Positions 48,304 through 57,796 of a stretch of 64,000 bases of DNA are shown piece by piece; positions within the stretch are counted from its first letter, which is position 1; every line of letters starts with the position of its first letter. The notes beneath the pieces were generated by a model. It was not told the DNA's origin and made no database searches. It saw nothing but the letters and a program-made list of their open reading frames with translations. The DNA comes from an uncultured Acidobacteriota bacterium. GTDB taxonomy: Bacteria; Acidobacteriota; Vicinamibacteria; Vicinamibacterales; UBA8438. The DNA is taken from assembly GCA_913043225.1 (NCBI GenBank), contig CAJWLU010000005.1:32001-96000 (forward strand). Reading direction: 5' to 3'. Both the position numbers and the translations under genes were made by a program.

Positions 48304-49452
48304 ATGCGACGAACTCTAATGTTCGGCCTGATCGTGGCCCTGGCTGCGAGCACCGCCACCGCCCAACCGGCGGTGACCCCTGTCGAGCCCTTCAAGGTCG
48401 GTACTTTCGACATCCATGGCGTCCCCCATGTCGTACTAGTCCTTAGGGACTCATATGTCATCGACATTGAGGTTGCCAACATGGTGCTCGAGGCGAATCC
48501 GGCGTACCCGGCCGTACCAAGGCCGGACGACATGCTGGATCTGATTGGCCGCTACGAGTACGGGCTAAAGTACCGTCTGTACGAAATCGTCAACCATACC
48601 GTCAACAACAACCTGTTGACCGGCAGCGGCCGAGCTGACTACGTCTACGACGTGTCCGAGCTCCGGATCCGTCCACCCATCATGTACCCGGGCAAGATCA
48701 TGAACGCGGCAGTGAACTTCTACACCCACGCCTGCGAAGGCTGCACGCAGGAGGAACTGCAGGCACGCACACGCGAGCGTCAGGAAAACCGTGGGGTGCC
48801 ATATCTTTTCCTGAAGCCGAGCCGCGGGGCAGTAATCGGCAGTGGAGATGACGTCGTCATGCCGTTCGGCCGCGACCAGATCGAGTGGGAAGTCGAGATG
48901 GCGATCGTCTTCGGCCGCACCGGCAAGTACATCTCGGCCTCGCGAGCCTATGACCATGTGTTCGGCTACATGGTGGCCATGGACGTCTCCGACCGTGGCG
49001 GCCGTCCGCCCGGCGGCAACGCGACCCGCTCGGACTGGTTCGTGGGCAAGGGTCACGACACCTTCGCGCCACACGGGCCCTGGATCGTTCCGAAAGAATT
49101 CTACGGCGACCCGATGGATCGGCTACACCAGACACTCGTCATCGACGGGGTCACCGTGCAGGAAGCACGTGCCGGCGACATGATCCACAACATCCCGGAG
49201 CTCATCGAGTACGCCTCGTCGCTCATCACCGTGTTCCCTGGCGACGTGCTGCAGAGCGGCACCTCCGGCGGCACCGGCGCGGGACGTGTCGAGCGCGCCA
49301 CCGGTTCGGGGTATCTGCAGGCGGGTGAGACGATCAGCGCCAGTATCGACGGCATCGGCACCCTGACCCACACCGTGGTCGCCGAGGAGAGCATTCCCAA
49401 CGATCTGTCGGGTGCTCAACTGCCACCAACCGCGTCATACCGCGACCGTTAG
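48304..49452 (+). CDS. Secreted fumarylacetoacetate hydrolase family protein
   Basis: Signal peptide; AVNFYTH, FLKP, IEWEVEM, DVSDR, GKGHDTFAPHGP, PGDVLQSGT. Confidence 0.9.
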   Translation: MRRTLMFGLIVALAASTATAQPAVTPVEPFKVGTFDIHGVPHVVLVLRDSYVIDIEVANMVLEANPAYPAVPRPDDMLDLIGRYEYGLKYRLYEIVNHTVNNNLLTGSGRADYVYDVSELRIRPPIMYPGKIMNAAVNFYTHACEGCTQEELQARTRERQENRGVPYLFLKPSRGAVIGSGDDVVMPFGRDQIEWEVEMAIVFGRTGKYISASRAYDHVFGYMVAMDVSDRGGRPPGGNATRSDWFVGKGHDTFAPHGPWIVPKEFYGDPMDRLHQTLVIDGVTVQEARAGDMIHNIPELIEYASSLITVFPGDVLQSGTSGGTGAGRVERATGSGYLQAGETISASIDGIGTLTHTVVAEESIPNDLSGAQLPPTASYRDR

Positions 49453-49477
49453 GCGGTACCATCGCCGTTCAACCATG

Positions 49478-49512
49478 CGCGTCGGCCGCCCCGGGCGCGG
49501 CCGGCGCGTTTT
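49478..49512 (+). terminator. Rho-independent terminator
   Basis: GC stem CGCGTCGGCCGC/GCGGCCGGCGCG followed by TTTT, downstream of the FAH stop. Confidence 0.65.
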
Positions 49513-49527
49513 CTGCTTCTAGAGCGT

Positions 49528-50820
49528 TCAGGGCGCGACGAGACCCGCAGCCGCCAAAGTGACCAGCAGCGCCCGCTGCACGGCCAGGTAAGCCCCCTCG
49601 TCGGACCACCATTCCTCTAGTGAATGCACCCCGCCGCCGCGGCCACCGCGGCCGAGTGTAATAGCCGGGATGCCGAGTGAGATAGGGATGTTCGCGTCGG
49701 TCGATGCCGCCCCCAAGCGGGGTACGAATCCAAGGTGGCGGGTAGCCTCCATCGCCGCCACCACCAAGGGATGGTCGCTCGCGACCATCCCCGACGGACG
49801 CTCACCAATCGCCTCGAGCCCCGCCTCAAGGGCGTCACCGCGATCACGACGGCGGTTCTGCTCGTCGAGCGCCCGCTCCACCGCAAACGCTAGCACCTCA
49901 TCGAGCCGATCGAGCTGCCCCCTATCGACCGACCGAAGATCGACTTCAGCCCAGCTCTCGTGGGGAATGGCATTCACCGATGTGCCGCCCCCGAGCCGTC
50001 CTACGCTATAACTCGCCACCGGCCCCGTGTTAACCACGGTCGCCGCGGCATCATCGAAGAGATACATGGCCCGTGACAGAGCCAACGCCGGGTTGCCGAG
50101 GCCAAAATCACCCCAGGAGTGACCTCCCGGCCCAGTGATCGTCACCAAATAGCGCCTGGACCCAAGGGCCTGATTCACCACCCGGCTGTCGCTCCCACTA
50201 TCGATCGCGATGAAGGCATCGATCGTCGGTCCGTCTTCACGAAAGAGATGGCGGACGCCACGCAGATCGCCAAGTCCCTCCTCCCCGACGCTCCCGACAA
50301 ACAGCAGGTCGCCGAGGGTGTCCAGGCCGGCCTCGTCGAGCGCTTGGACCATCGTGAGCAATAGAACGAGCCCTCTCGTGTCGTCCCAGATACCGGGTGC
50401 ATAGAGCCGCTCGCCGCGGTGCGACACCGTGACGTCGGTGCCTCTCGGGAACACGGTATCAAGATGGGCAACCAGGGCAACGGTCGGACCATCACCCGTA
50501 CCAGGACGATGTCCCAAGACATTGCCCACGTCGTCAATGACAACGTCTGACAATCCGGCGGCGCCCAGCAGCTCAGCGAATCGGATGGCTCGGGCTTGCT
50601 CCTCGAAGGGAGGTGCGGGAATCTCGGTGAGTTCTACGAGGAACGCCTCGGACCTGGCGTCGATCTCCCGAGCGGCGGCCATGGCAGCGGACACGGCCGG
50701 GTGGCTGGCCAGTGCCTCCACCGACTGGAAACGGTGATAGTCAGACTCTGAAGTCTGGGCCAGGACGGCCCCACTGAAGTAAACGCAGGCCAGACTCAAC
50801 GCAAGCGTGGATTGCTTCAT
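49528..50820 (-). CDS. Secreted M20/M25/M40 metallopeptidase
   Basis: AHLDTVF, DDTRG, VGEEG, GGHSWG, STDAN, HSLEEW. Confidence 0.9.
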   Translation of the reverse strand: MKQSTLALSLACVYFSGAVLAQTSESDYHRFQSVEALASHPAVSAAMAAAREIDARSEAFLVELTEIPAPPFEEQARAIRFAELLGAAGLSDVVIDDVGNVLGHRPGTGDGPTVALVAHLDTVFPRGTDVTVSHRGERLYAPGIWDDTRGLVLLLTMVQALDEAGLDTLGDLLFVGSVGEEGLGDLRGVRHLFREDGPTIDAFIAIDSGSDSRVVNQALGSRRYLVTITGPGGHSWGDFGLGNPALALSRAMYLFDDAAATVVNTGPVASYSVGRLGGGTSVNAIPHESWAEVDLRSVDRGQLDRLDEVLAFAVERALDEQNRRRDRGDALEAGLEAIGERPSGMVASDHPLVVAAMEATRHLGFVPRLGAASTDANIPISLGIPAITLGRGGRGGGVHSLEEWWSDEGAYLAVQRALLVTLAAAGLVAP

Positions 50821-50860
50821 CGGTGCGTCCGAACGCCGATTCAACGGACGGCCGCGTGAA

Positions 50861-51847
50861 CTACTGCCCCGCCTCGCGCTCCTCCGCACGATGACCGGCA
50901 AGAATCCCCTCCATCCCGATGTTGCCCTCGTGACAGGCATACTCGAACATCGGCTCCTCGCTGTACACGAGTGGGATGCTCACCGTCCAGGGCTTGGTCC
51001 AGACGGACGAGTCGGTGAGCGTGACCTCGTAGCGCAGCACCTCGGGCGACTCCCGGGTGAGCCGCTCGATCATATGCAGTCCGTCGGACGAACCGCGGAA
51101 GTTTGCGGTCTTCGAGAAGTTCTTGGTCTCGACGACGAGGGTGTCGCCCTCCCAATGGCCGCGCGAATCTCCATGCAGCTGCCGGACGTCGTCATCAACA
51201 TGCGGCAACCCGACGAGCGGGATAACTCGAGCGTCGTGGTTCATCTCGTGCAGAATGACCACATAGTCCTTGCTCTGAAACACCTGGTAATAGCTGTTGT
51301 AGCCGGCGCCCAGCCGAGGCACCCCATAGGTCACGCACCGCTCGGAGAGCGGACGATCGGTATAGGAATCGGCCGGATGCGCGCGTCCATACTCGGCGGC
51401 CTCGCGGAACCGCTCCCTGGCTTCAGGAACCAGGTCCGGCACCTGTCCGTCGGGCGGATCGATGATCAACGACGTCTGGTTGGAGAAGTCCCGATTTGCG
51501 ATCCAGAACTGGTTGTAGTTCCCAGTGGTCGGGTCATACGACGTGGCCTCGATCCCCTCGATCGCGGCCAGCACAAGCTGATCGCCGAACAGCGCGTCGC
51601 CGTCACCCACCGCATTCGCGGCCGCGATCCGAAGCGCGGCGACCTCCTCGTCGGTGAGCTCGGCCTTCCCAGCCCAGGCCTCGGGCCGCTCAAGCGGAGT
51701 GATGTTGTTGTTGGCCCAGACGCCCTGCAGATCCGGCTGCCCGTCCGAGGTCCGAGGTGCGGTCCAACCGTTCCCCTGCGCACCTACCAACGGGGCCACT
51801 CCTACGACTACTGCCACCCCAACCGCCATTAACACCTTCAGGCGCAT
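50861..51847 (-). CDS. Secreted uncharacterised protein, 'EYACHE' family paralog 5
   Basis: PDLQGVW, TSLIIDPPDGQVP, ERC, EMNH, GHWEGDTLVVETKNF, MFEYACHEGN. Confidence 0.85.
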   Translation of the reverse strand: MRLKVLMAVGVAVVVGVAPLVGAQGNGWTAPRTSDGQPDLQGVWANNNITPLERPEAWAGKAELTDEEVAALRIAAANAVGDGDALFGDQLVLAAIEGIEATSYDPTTGNYNQFWIANRDFSNQTSLIIDPPDGQVPDLVPEARERFREAAEYGRAHPADSYTDRPLSERCVTYGVPRLGAGYNSYYQVFQSKDYVVILHEMNHDARVIPLVGLPHVDDDVRQLHGDSRGHWEGDTLVVETKNFSKTANFRGSSDGLHMIERLTRESPEVLRYEVTLTDSSVWTKPWTVSIPLVYSEEPMFEYACHEGNIGMEGILAGHRAEEREAGQ

Positions 51848-52049
51848 CACTCGCTCTCCTTCACCGTGCGCGGCGCCGACGCGCAGGTCGATACCCGCAC
51901 GCGCCCACCTCGTAATCTCTGTCGGATTGTAGTCGGACTGCCAGGATTCGCGCCAGCGCAGACAGAACAGATTAAGGCTTCGGGGAGATCTCGCCGTTTG
52001 ACACGCCACGCGCTCACACACCACACTTACGCTACGGAGACGCCATCGC

Positions 52050-52265
52050 ATGACCGATTCGCAGAAGCTCAGCCCCGCCGGACGCCTCACGCTATGGGTA
52101 CTTGGCACCTTGCTCTTCCTGACTATCTCCATCTACCCCTACTACCTCTATATGAGGTTCGCTTCCGACTCCGAGGTGTACACGAAGTTCGGCATCGCGA
52201 CGGTCGGCATCACGGCGCTGATCTGGCTAGCAACTGCTTTCGGTCCGCTCAAGACGCGCCAGTGA
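52050..52265 (+). CDS. Small two-TM membrane protein
   Basis: GGAG RBS; two hydrophobic segments; GC3-biased codons. Confidence 0.65.
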   Translation: MTDSQKLSPAGRLTLWVLGTLLFLTISIYPYYLYMRFASDSEVYTKFGIATVGITALIWLATAFGPLKTRQ

Positions 52266-52278
52266 GCCCCTCCCCCCG

Positions 52279-53148
52279 GTGCGGCCGCCAGGCAACGACG
52301 GGGTGACATTACGAGCGACGGTCAAGCGGAGCCTCGCAGACGTCGGGCTACTGGAACCGGGCCGACAGCTGCGTGACAAGCTCCGGGCCATTACTTGGCT
52401 TCCCCACAACCGACGCTACCTCTCACGCGCCGGCAGCAATGGTCTGCCGATTCCTCCCGCACGTCTTCGACTGCTAACCACCGCCTCGCCCTCGATCGAG
52501 TGGTTCATGGAGAGTGGGCGAGCCGGTGCCGACGCTATCCGTAACCTGCTCGCTGAGCACAACTTGCTGCTATCTCGCCAGGCACGCCTCCTCGATTTCG
52601 GGTGCGGATGCGGCCGCGTACTTCGGCATTGGGCCGGGGAAGGGGTCGCCGTCGAAGGCTGTGACTACAACCCGGAGCTGATCGACTGGTGCCGAGACCG
52701 GCTGCCGTTCGCTACCGTCGCTACTAACCGATTAGAGCCGCCGCTTCCCTACAATCGAGCCCATTTCGATCTCGTGTATGCGCTCTCGGTCTTCACGCAC
52801 TTGCCCGAGCCGTTGCAACGCCCGTGGGCCGAGGAACTGGGTCGCGTCACGGCCCTCGGGGGCCACCTGATCGTTTCGACTCACGGCGCGGCCTATCGAG
52901 GCGCGCTCACTCTCGACGAGCGAGCGCACTATGACGCAGGACACCTCGTCGTCAAGAATGCCGCCGAACCGGGCAGCAACAGATGCGGGGTCTACGCGTC
53001 GCCAGACGCCGTGCGCCAGACATTCAGCCCCTGGTTCATGGTGCGAGCGCACGTCCCACAAGGTGCTAGTGGGAACCCTCCGCAGGACCTCGTCTTGCTC
53101 CGGCGCACCCCGACCGAAGCCGCAGCGCCCAAGGGTCGGCCAGCATGA
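52279..53148 (+). CDS. Class I SAM-dependent methyltransferase
   Basis: LLDFGCGCGR, FDLVYALSVFTHL. Confidence 0.9.
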   Translation: MRPPGNDGVTLRATVKRSLADVGLLEPGRQLRDKLRAITWLPHNRRYLSRAGSNGLPIPPARLRLLTTASPSIEWFMESGRAGADAIRNLLAEHNLLLSRQARLLDFGCGCGRVLRHWAGEGVAVEGCDYNPELIDWCRDRLPFATVATNRLEPPLPYNRAHFDLVYALSVFTHLPEPLQRPWAEELGRVTALGGHLIVSTHGAAYRGALTLDERAHYDAGHLVVKNAAEPGSNRCGVYASPDAVRQTFSPWFMVRAHVPQGASGNPPQDLVLLRRTPTEAAAPKGRPA

Positions 53149-54860
53149 GCCGACGCGGTCTGTCCCGGGGCCTTCTCATCGTCACCTTGGCGCTAGCGGC
53201 GTGGGTCCTAGCCCCCGTGCTGCTTTGGCGACCGATACCCGTCCCGGCAGGTGTGCCGCTCGACCCACTCACCCGGGTTCGCGGCGTGGTACACGTCCAC
53301 AGCACGCTCTCCGACGGCAGCGGTTCACCTGAAGAGATCGTGGCCGCCGCCGTGGCCGCCGGTCTCGACTTCGTAGTCCTCACCGACCACAACAATTTCG
53401 ACGCGAAACCGCTGGAAGGGTTCGGTGACACGTCGGTCCTGACCATCGTGGGTACGGAGATCTCAAACCACGGGGGGCACCTGATCGCGCTGGGACTGTC
53501 CGCACCGTCGCACCGCTTCTCAGGAAACGGGCTGGATGCCCTGCGCGACGTTACGTCGCTGGGCGGAACCACCTTCGCCGCTCATCCCGACAGCCCACGC
53601 GCGGATCTCGGCTGGACCGACTGGACACTGCCAGGAGGTTGGGGACTGGAGGTGGTCAATGGCGATTCCCAATGGCGAAGGGCTGGTTGGCTCCATGCAG
53701 TGGGAGCGACCCTTCGCTATCCGGTGCACCCCGTCCGAGCGCTTCTGGGCTTGACACGTCGCCCCGCCATTCTCGAACGCTGGGATGCCTTACTGACAGA
53801 TCGGGAGGTCCCGGCAATCGCAGGTGCAGACGCTCACGGCGCTTTCCGGCCGTCGACGCTGTCGCTTCCGCTCCCCAGTTACGACGCTGTCTTCGCCACC
53901 GTGCAGAACTACGTCCTCCTCGACGGTCCACTTACCGGACATTCCGAACGGGATATCGAGGCCGTCGTCACGGCACTAGCCCGAGGCCGTAGCTATGTTG
54001 GAGTCGGTGGACTGGCGGACCCGTCTGGATTCTCGCTCGTCGCCGAACGCGACGGTCAGCAGTGGCACATGGGCGACCGCGTACCAGCCGAAGCGCCCGT
54101 AACGGTCCGGGTAGCTGGCGCTCTCCCACACAACAGTGAGATCCGGTTACTCCGCGACGGGGTCGAATTCCTCACGGGTCCAGCCCCGCTCGAAACCCAG
54201 GTCGATGCTCAGGGCGTGTATCGGGCCGAGGTCACCCTTCCTGGCTGGGACATGCCCTGGATCCTGTCGAACCCCCTCTATTTCTTCGATAAGGACACGC
54301 ACACGGCCCGCGCCGCGGCTTCGGCACTACCGCAGCCCCCGCGGGCCACACCAGACGTTCTGCTCGACCGCTTCGACGGAGACTCGACCTTCGACGTAAT
54401 CGGCAACGACACCACGTCCATCGCCGGTCCGGCGATCGCGCCGGCGGAAGGACTGGCCGGGTCGGGAGCGGGACACCTGGCCTTCAGCCTCGGCATACCA
54501 GGCGATGACCATCCGTCGCCGTTCGCAGCGCTGGGCAGCTACACGCCGCGCGACTTCTCGCAGCGGCGAGGTCTCACGCTGTGGGCACGAAGCAACAACA
54601 CCCACCGCTTCTGGCTCCAGGTGCGCGATCGGAATCCGACCGGTTATGACGGTGTCGAGAACTGGGTCACCTCGATCAAGGCGACCCCGGACTGGCAGCC
54701 CATCACGGTGCCCTTCGATGCGCTACGCAGCAACGACCCTGGTACCGATGGACAGCTCGACCTCGACGCAGTCGTCGCCATCGTGCTGCTCGCCGATCTG
54801 GGGACTCATGCTCCCGGCGGAGACGTGAAGCTGTGGGTCGACGACCTCGGCATCTACTGA
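53145..54860 (+). CDS. Membrane-anchored PHP-domain metallohydrolase with C-terminal CIA30/CBM11-like domain
   Basis: HVHSTLSDG, LTDHN, AHP, GADAHG; C-terminal DFSQRRGLTLW...WQPITVPF...LWVDDL. Confidence 0.78.
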   Translation: MSRRGLSRGLLIVTLALAAWVLAPVLLWRPIPVPAGVPLDPLTRVRGVVHVHSTLSDGSGSPEEIVAAAVAAGLDFVVLTDHNNFDAKPLEGFGDTSVLTIVGTEISNHGGHLIALGLSAPSHRFSGNGLDALRDVTSLGGTTFAAHPDSPRADLGWTDWTLPGGWGLEVVNGDSQWRRAGWLHAVGATLRYPVHPVRALLGLTRRPAILERWDALLTDREVPAIAGADAHGAFRPSTLSLPLPSYDAVFATVQNYVLLDGPLTGHSERDIEAVVTALARGRSYVGVGGLADPSGFSLVAERDGQQWHMGDRVPAEAPVTVRVAGALPHNSEIRLLRDGVEFLTGPAPLETQVDAQGVYRAEVTLPGWDMPWILSNPLYFFDKDTHTARAAASALPQPPRATPDVLLDRFDGDSTFDVIGNDTTSIAGPAIAPAEGLAGSGAGHLAFSLGIPGDDHPSPFAALGSYTPRDFSQRRGLTLWARSNNTHRFWLQVRDRNPTGYDGVENWVTSIKATPDWQPITVPFDALRSNDPGTDGQLDLDAVVAIVLLADLGTHAPGGDVKLWVDDLGIY

Positions 54861-54910
54861 ACCGCGTCGACCCGACCCACAAGATTTTCGACCGAACCAC
54901 AGTCCTGTCC

Positions 54911-55798
54911 CTAGAGCGGGTTGATCTGATCGCCCTCGATCGCGTCGCCTTCGACAACGGCGCAAATGGCCGACTGCGACAGCACTCGCGTCACTTCCAG
55001 CACTCCCACCCGGTCGGTAATCCGATCGAGCACCGTGCCGTTGGCGTCTCGGATCTCGTCGATGACCCGGACCACCTCGAAGCGCTGACCGACCATGAGT
55101 CCGAAGTTCTCGCCCTGGTTGATGTAGAACGAACCATCGTTCGATCCGACGATCTGCGCCGGCGGAGTCACCGGTGCAAGGTCAGCGAACCGGTCCGCCT
55201 GGTCGGCGATCTTCTCGGCCACCTCCTCGATGGCCGGACGTAACGCCTCCTGCGCCGTGCCGGCGTCGAACTCACGCTCCACGCCACTGCCACGGAACGT
55301 CAGCCCGCCGAAGGTCTTTCGGCCCTCGCCACTTTCGGCCAGCATGATCTCACCGGTGGTGGTGTTCACGAGGCGCACGTCGACGATACTCTCAGCCCTC
55401 GAGACCGAGGCGCCGAGACTCCGGATCCCGCCCGAGGTCCGTTCGACCGAGAACTGTGTAATCGACCCGGTCAGGATGAGTTGCACGCCCAGTAACTCGC
55501 CAATCCTCGCAGCCGTCGAGCTGTCGACGGCACCACTGGCGCCGAGGTCCTGCTCGGCCAGCACCGCTTCGAGCTGCGAGCGCTCGATTACCGAAAACGA
55601 ACCACTGCGGAAGAGCTGCGTCACCAGTTCGTCGGCCGCGGCACGGCCCAAGTTGTCGCCCCACCAGGTCCAAGTGCTGTTGTTCTCGAAGTTCATTACT
55701 GCGACGCGGACCTGCGCTTCGGCCCGAGACACTCCCAGTACATACAGTGCCGCCAACGCGATCAGCACGACCATGTGGCGTCGATATCCTCTTGTCAT
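54911..55798 (-). CDS. CsgG/HfaB family protein with FlgT-like C-terminal domain
   Basis: VAVMNFEN, FSVIERSQLEAVLAEQ, GVQLILTGSITQF, VDVRLVNTTTGEI; YINQGENFGLMVGQRF. Confidence 0.85.
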   Translation of the reverse strand: MTRGYRRHMVVLIALAALYVLGVSRAEAQVRVAVMNFENNSTWTWWGDNLGRAAADELVTQLFRSGSFSVIERSQLEAVLAEQDLGASGAVDSSTAARIGELLGVQLILTGSITQFSVERTSGGIRSLGASVSRAESIVDVRLVNTTTGEIMLAESGEGRKTFGGLTFRGSGVEREFDAGTAQEALRPAIEEVAEKIADQADRFADLAPVTPPAQIVGSNDGSFYINQGENFGLMVGQRFEVVRVIDEIRDANGTVLDRITDRVGVLEVTRVLSQSAICAVVEGDAIEGDQINPL

Positions 55799-55960
55799 CT
55801 CACCCTCCGTAGCATCGTGCACTATGATGACGGCAGGCGTCGATAAATGTCACCTCGGTCGACGCCGACCGAGCTCCAACCTCGGCACATTCGTCAGATG
55901 TGACTGCCCCTCATCTCGTGTCGGTCCACTTCTGACGGACTGCGCAATCGGGCCACGGCC

Positions 55961-57796
55961 ATGGAAGATCTATCTGGAAGAGACTTCGGTGCTTATCGGA
56001 TCGTTGGCCCCCTCGGCAGCGGGGGTATGGCCGCGGTTTATCGCGCCTATCAACCGGCCGTCGACCGCGAGGTCGCGCTCAAGATCCTGCCGCGGCATCT
56101 AGCCCAGGACCCGGAGTTCGTCGCACGGTTTAAACAGGAAGCACAGGTGCTCGCACGCCTCCAGCACCCGCACATCCTGCCGGTGCACGATTTCGGTGAG
56201 GCGGATGGCTTCACTTTCATCGTGATGCCGTTCATCGAGACTGGCACCCTCGCTAACCGGCTCACCGGCGCGCCGCTCTCATTCGCCGACATCCGTCCGG
56301 TAATTACGCAGGTCGGCGACGCGCTCGACTGTGCCCATGCAGAGGGCCTTGTACACCGCGATGTCAAACCGAGCAACATCCTCATCGATAGCCGCGGCAA
56401 CTGCCTACTGGCCGACTTCGGGATCGCCAAGATCCTCGAAGGAGCGGACACGCTGACCGCGACCGGTGGGCTCGTGGGAACACCGAAGTACATGTCGCCC
56501 GAACAGGGCCTGGGCCAAGAAGTCGACCGGCGCAGCGACATCTACTCGCTGGGTGTCATCCTCTACGAGATGGCCACCGGGCGAGTGCCGTTCGACGCCG
56601 AGACGCCAGTCGCGGTGGTGGTGAAACACATCCATGACCCGTTGCCACTTCCCCGTCAGGTGAATCCGGCACTGGAAGAACCGCTGCAGCAAGTGATCTT
56701 TCAAGCCATGGCCAAAATGCCGGCAGAACGATTTGCCACCGCCGGCGTCATGGTCGAGGCAATTAGCGCCCTCACACTCCCCGACGCCTTGCCAGCGGTC
56801 GCACGACCGGTTCCTTCCCACGCGATCACACCTGACGCGATCGACGGGCCAACCGAGCCGATGACGGCGCCCGCAGTTGAAATAGGGATGGCACCCCCGC
56901 CGGATCCAGAGCCTAGGGGACGAGGATGGGAGATCGCGATCGGCGCAGCGGCGGTCGCGCTGCTGCTGGTGGTGATCTGGCTCAACAGCGGAGACCCGGA
57001 CGCACCGGGAGCGCCAGCGAACCCCGCAGAGACGTCCGTCACGCTCGACGTCAACGAGACACCGCGACCAACGGCACCCGCGGAAGACCCGCCACTATTG
57101 CCTAGCCAAGCGACAGTGAACGAGACCCCCTCCGCCGACGCGGGCACTATCGAGCCCTTTCCAGCGGCGTCATCGCCCGCCTCCTCGCCGCCTCCAACTG
57201 CGGCACCGTCGCCCTCGCCAACGGCGGGCACACCAGAGCCGACCGAAACAGACACGTCCGAGCGACTGCGCCCGGATCAGCAGATATCCCGAGAGCGGGG
57301 CCGGCAGGCAATGGACTCCCGTCCTCGTGGACCCGCAGCACAAGGCCGAGGCGGTTTCGTACCGAACAACAGAGAACGCGATCTTCGCCGCGGGCGACCG
57401 AACGACCCGTTTCCCTCGAGCGGTAATTACGCAGGCGCCGGTACCTTCCTGGACCGGCGGGTGGGCTCACTATGGACCGCCGCGAGCGAGCCTGGGCAGG
57501 GCTTCGACGGATTGCTCTGGGTCGACGCCAACGCCTACTGTAACAACCTCGCGCTGGCCAGGCGCTCCGACTGGCGGCTGCCGACACGCCCCGAGTTGAA
57601 CTCCCTGCTCGAACGCCTCGACCCGGAGCGCTATCCCTGGGGACTCACCCTGTGGAGCGCCGACCGCGCCGCCGGTGACCCGAACCGGCTATGGGTAACC
57701 AACTCGCCACTATTCGCCCCAGAGTGGTCCAACGCCGTGCGGGATGATTCGGGCCGGCGGCTGACCCACCACGCCGTGTGCGTGAGCGGACCGTGA
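55961..57796 (+). CDS. Hanks-type Ser/Thr kinase with TM helix, Pro-rich linker and DUF1566/Lcl-like extracytoplasmic domain
   Basis: LGSGGMAAVY, VALK, HRDVKPSN, DFG, GTPKYMSPEQ; TM segment; AYCNNL...DWRLPTRPEL. Confidence 0.9.
   Translation: MEDLSGRDFGAYRIVGPLGSGGMAAVYRAYQPAVDREVALKILPRHLAQDPEFVARFKQEAQVLARLQHPHILPVHDFGEADGFTFIVMPFIETGTLANRLTGAPLSFADIRPVITQVGDALDCAHAEGLVHRDVKPSNILIDSRGNCLLADFGIAKILEGADTLTATGGLVGTPKYMSPEQGLGQEVDRRSDIYSLGVILYEMATGRVPFDAETPVAVVVKHIHDPLPLPRQVNPALEEPLQQVIFQAMAKMPAERFATAGVMVEAISALTLPDALPAVARPVPSHAITPDAIDGPTEPMTAPAVEIGMAPPPDPEPRGRGWEIAIGAAAVALLLVVIWLNSGDPDAPGAPANPAETSVTLDVNETPRPTAPAEDPPLLPSQATVNETPSADAGTIEPFPAASSPASSPPPTAAPSPSPTAGTPEPTETDTSERLRPDQQISRERGRQAMDSRPRGPAAQGRGGFVPNNRERDLRRGRPNDPFPSSGNYAGAGTFLDRRVGSLWTAASEPGQGFDGLLWVDANAYCNNLALARRSDWRLPTRPELNSLLERLDPERYPWGLTLWSADRAAGDPNRLWVTNSPLFAPEWSNAVRDDSGRRLTHHAVCVSGP

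Noticed and set aside
54911..55798. Curli secretion system
   Set aside because: No csgA/B/E/F neighbours; lone CsgG-like domains are common
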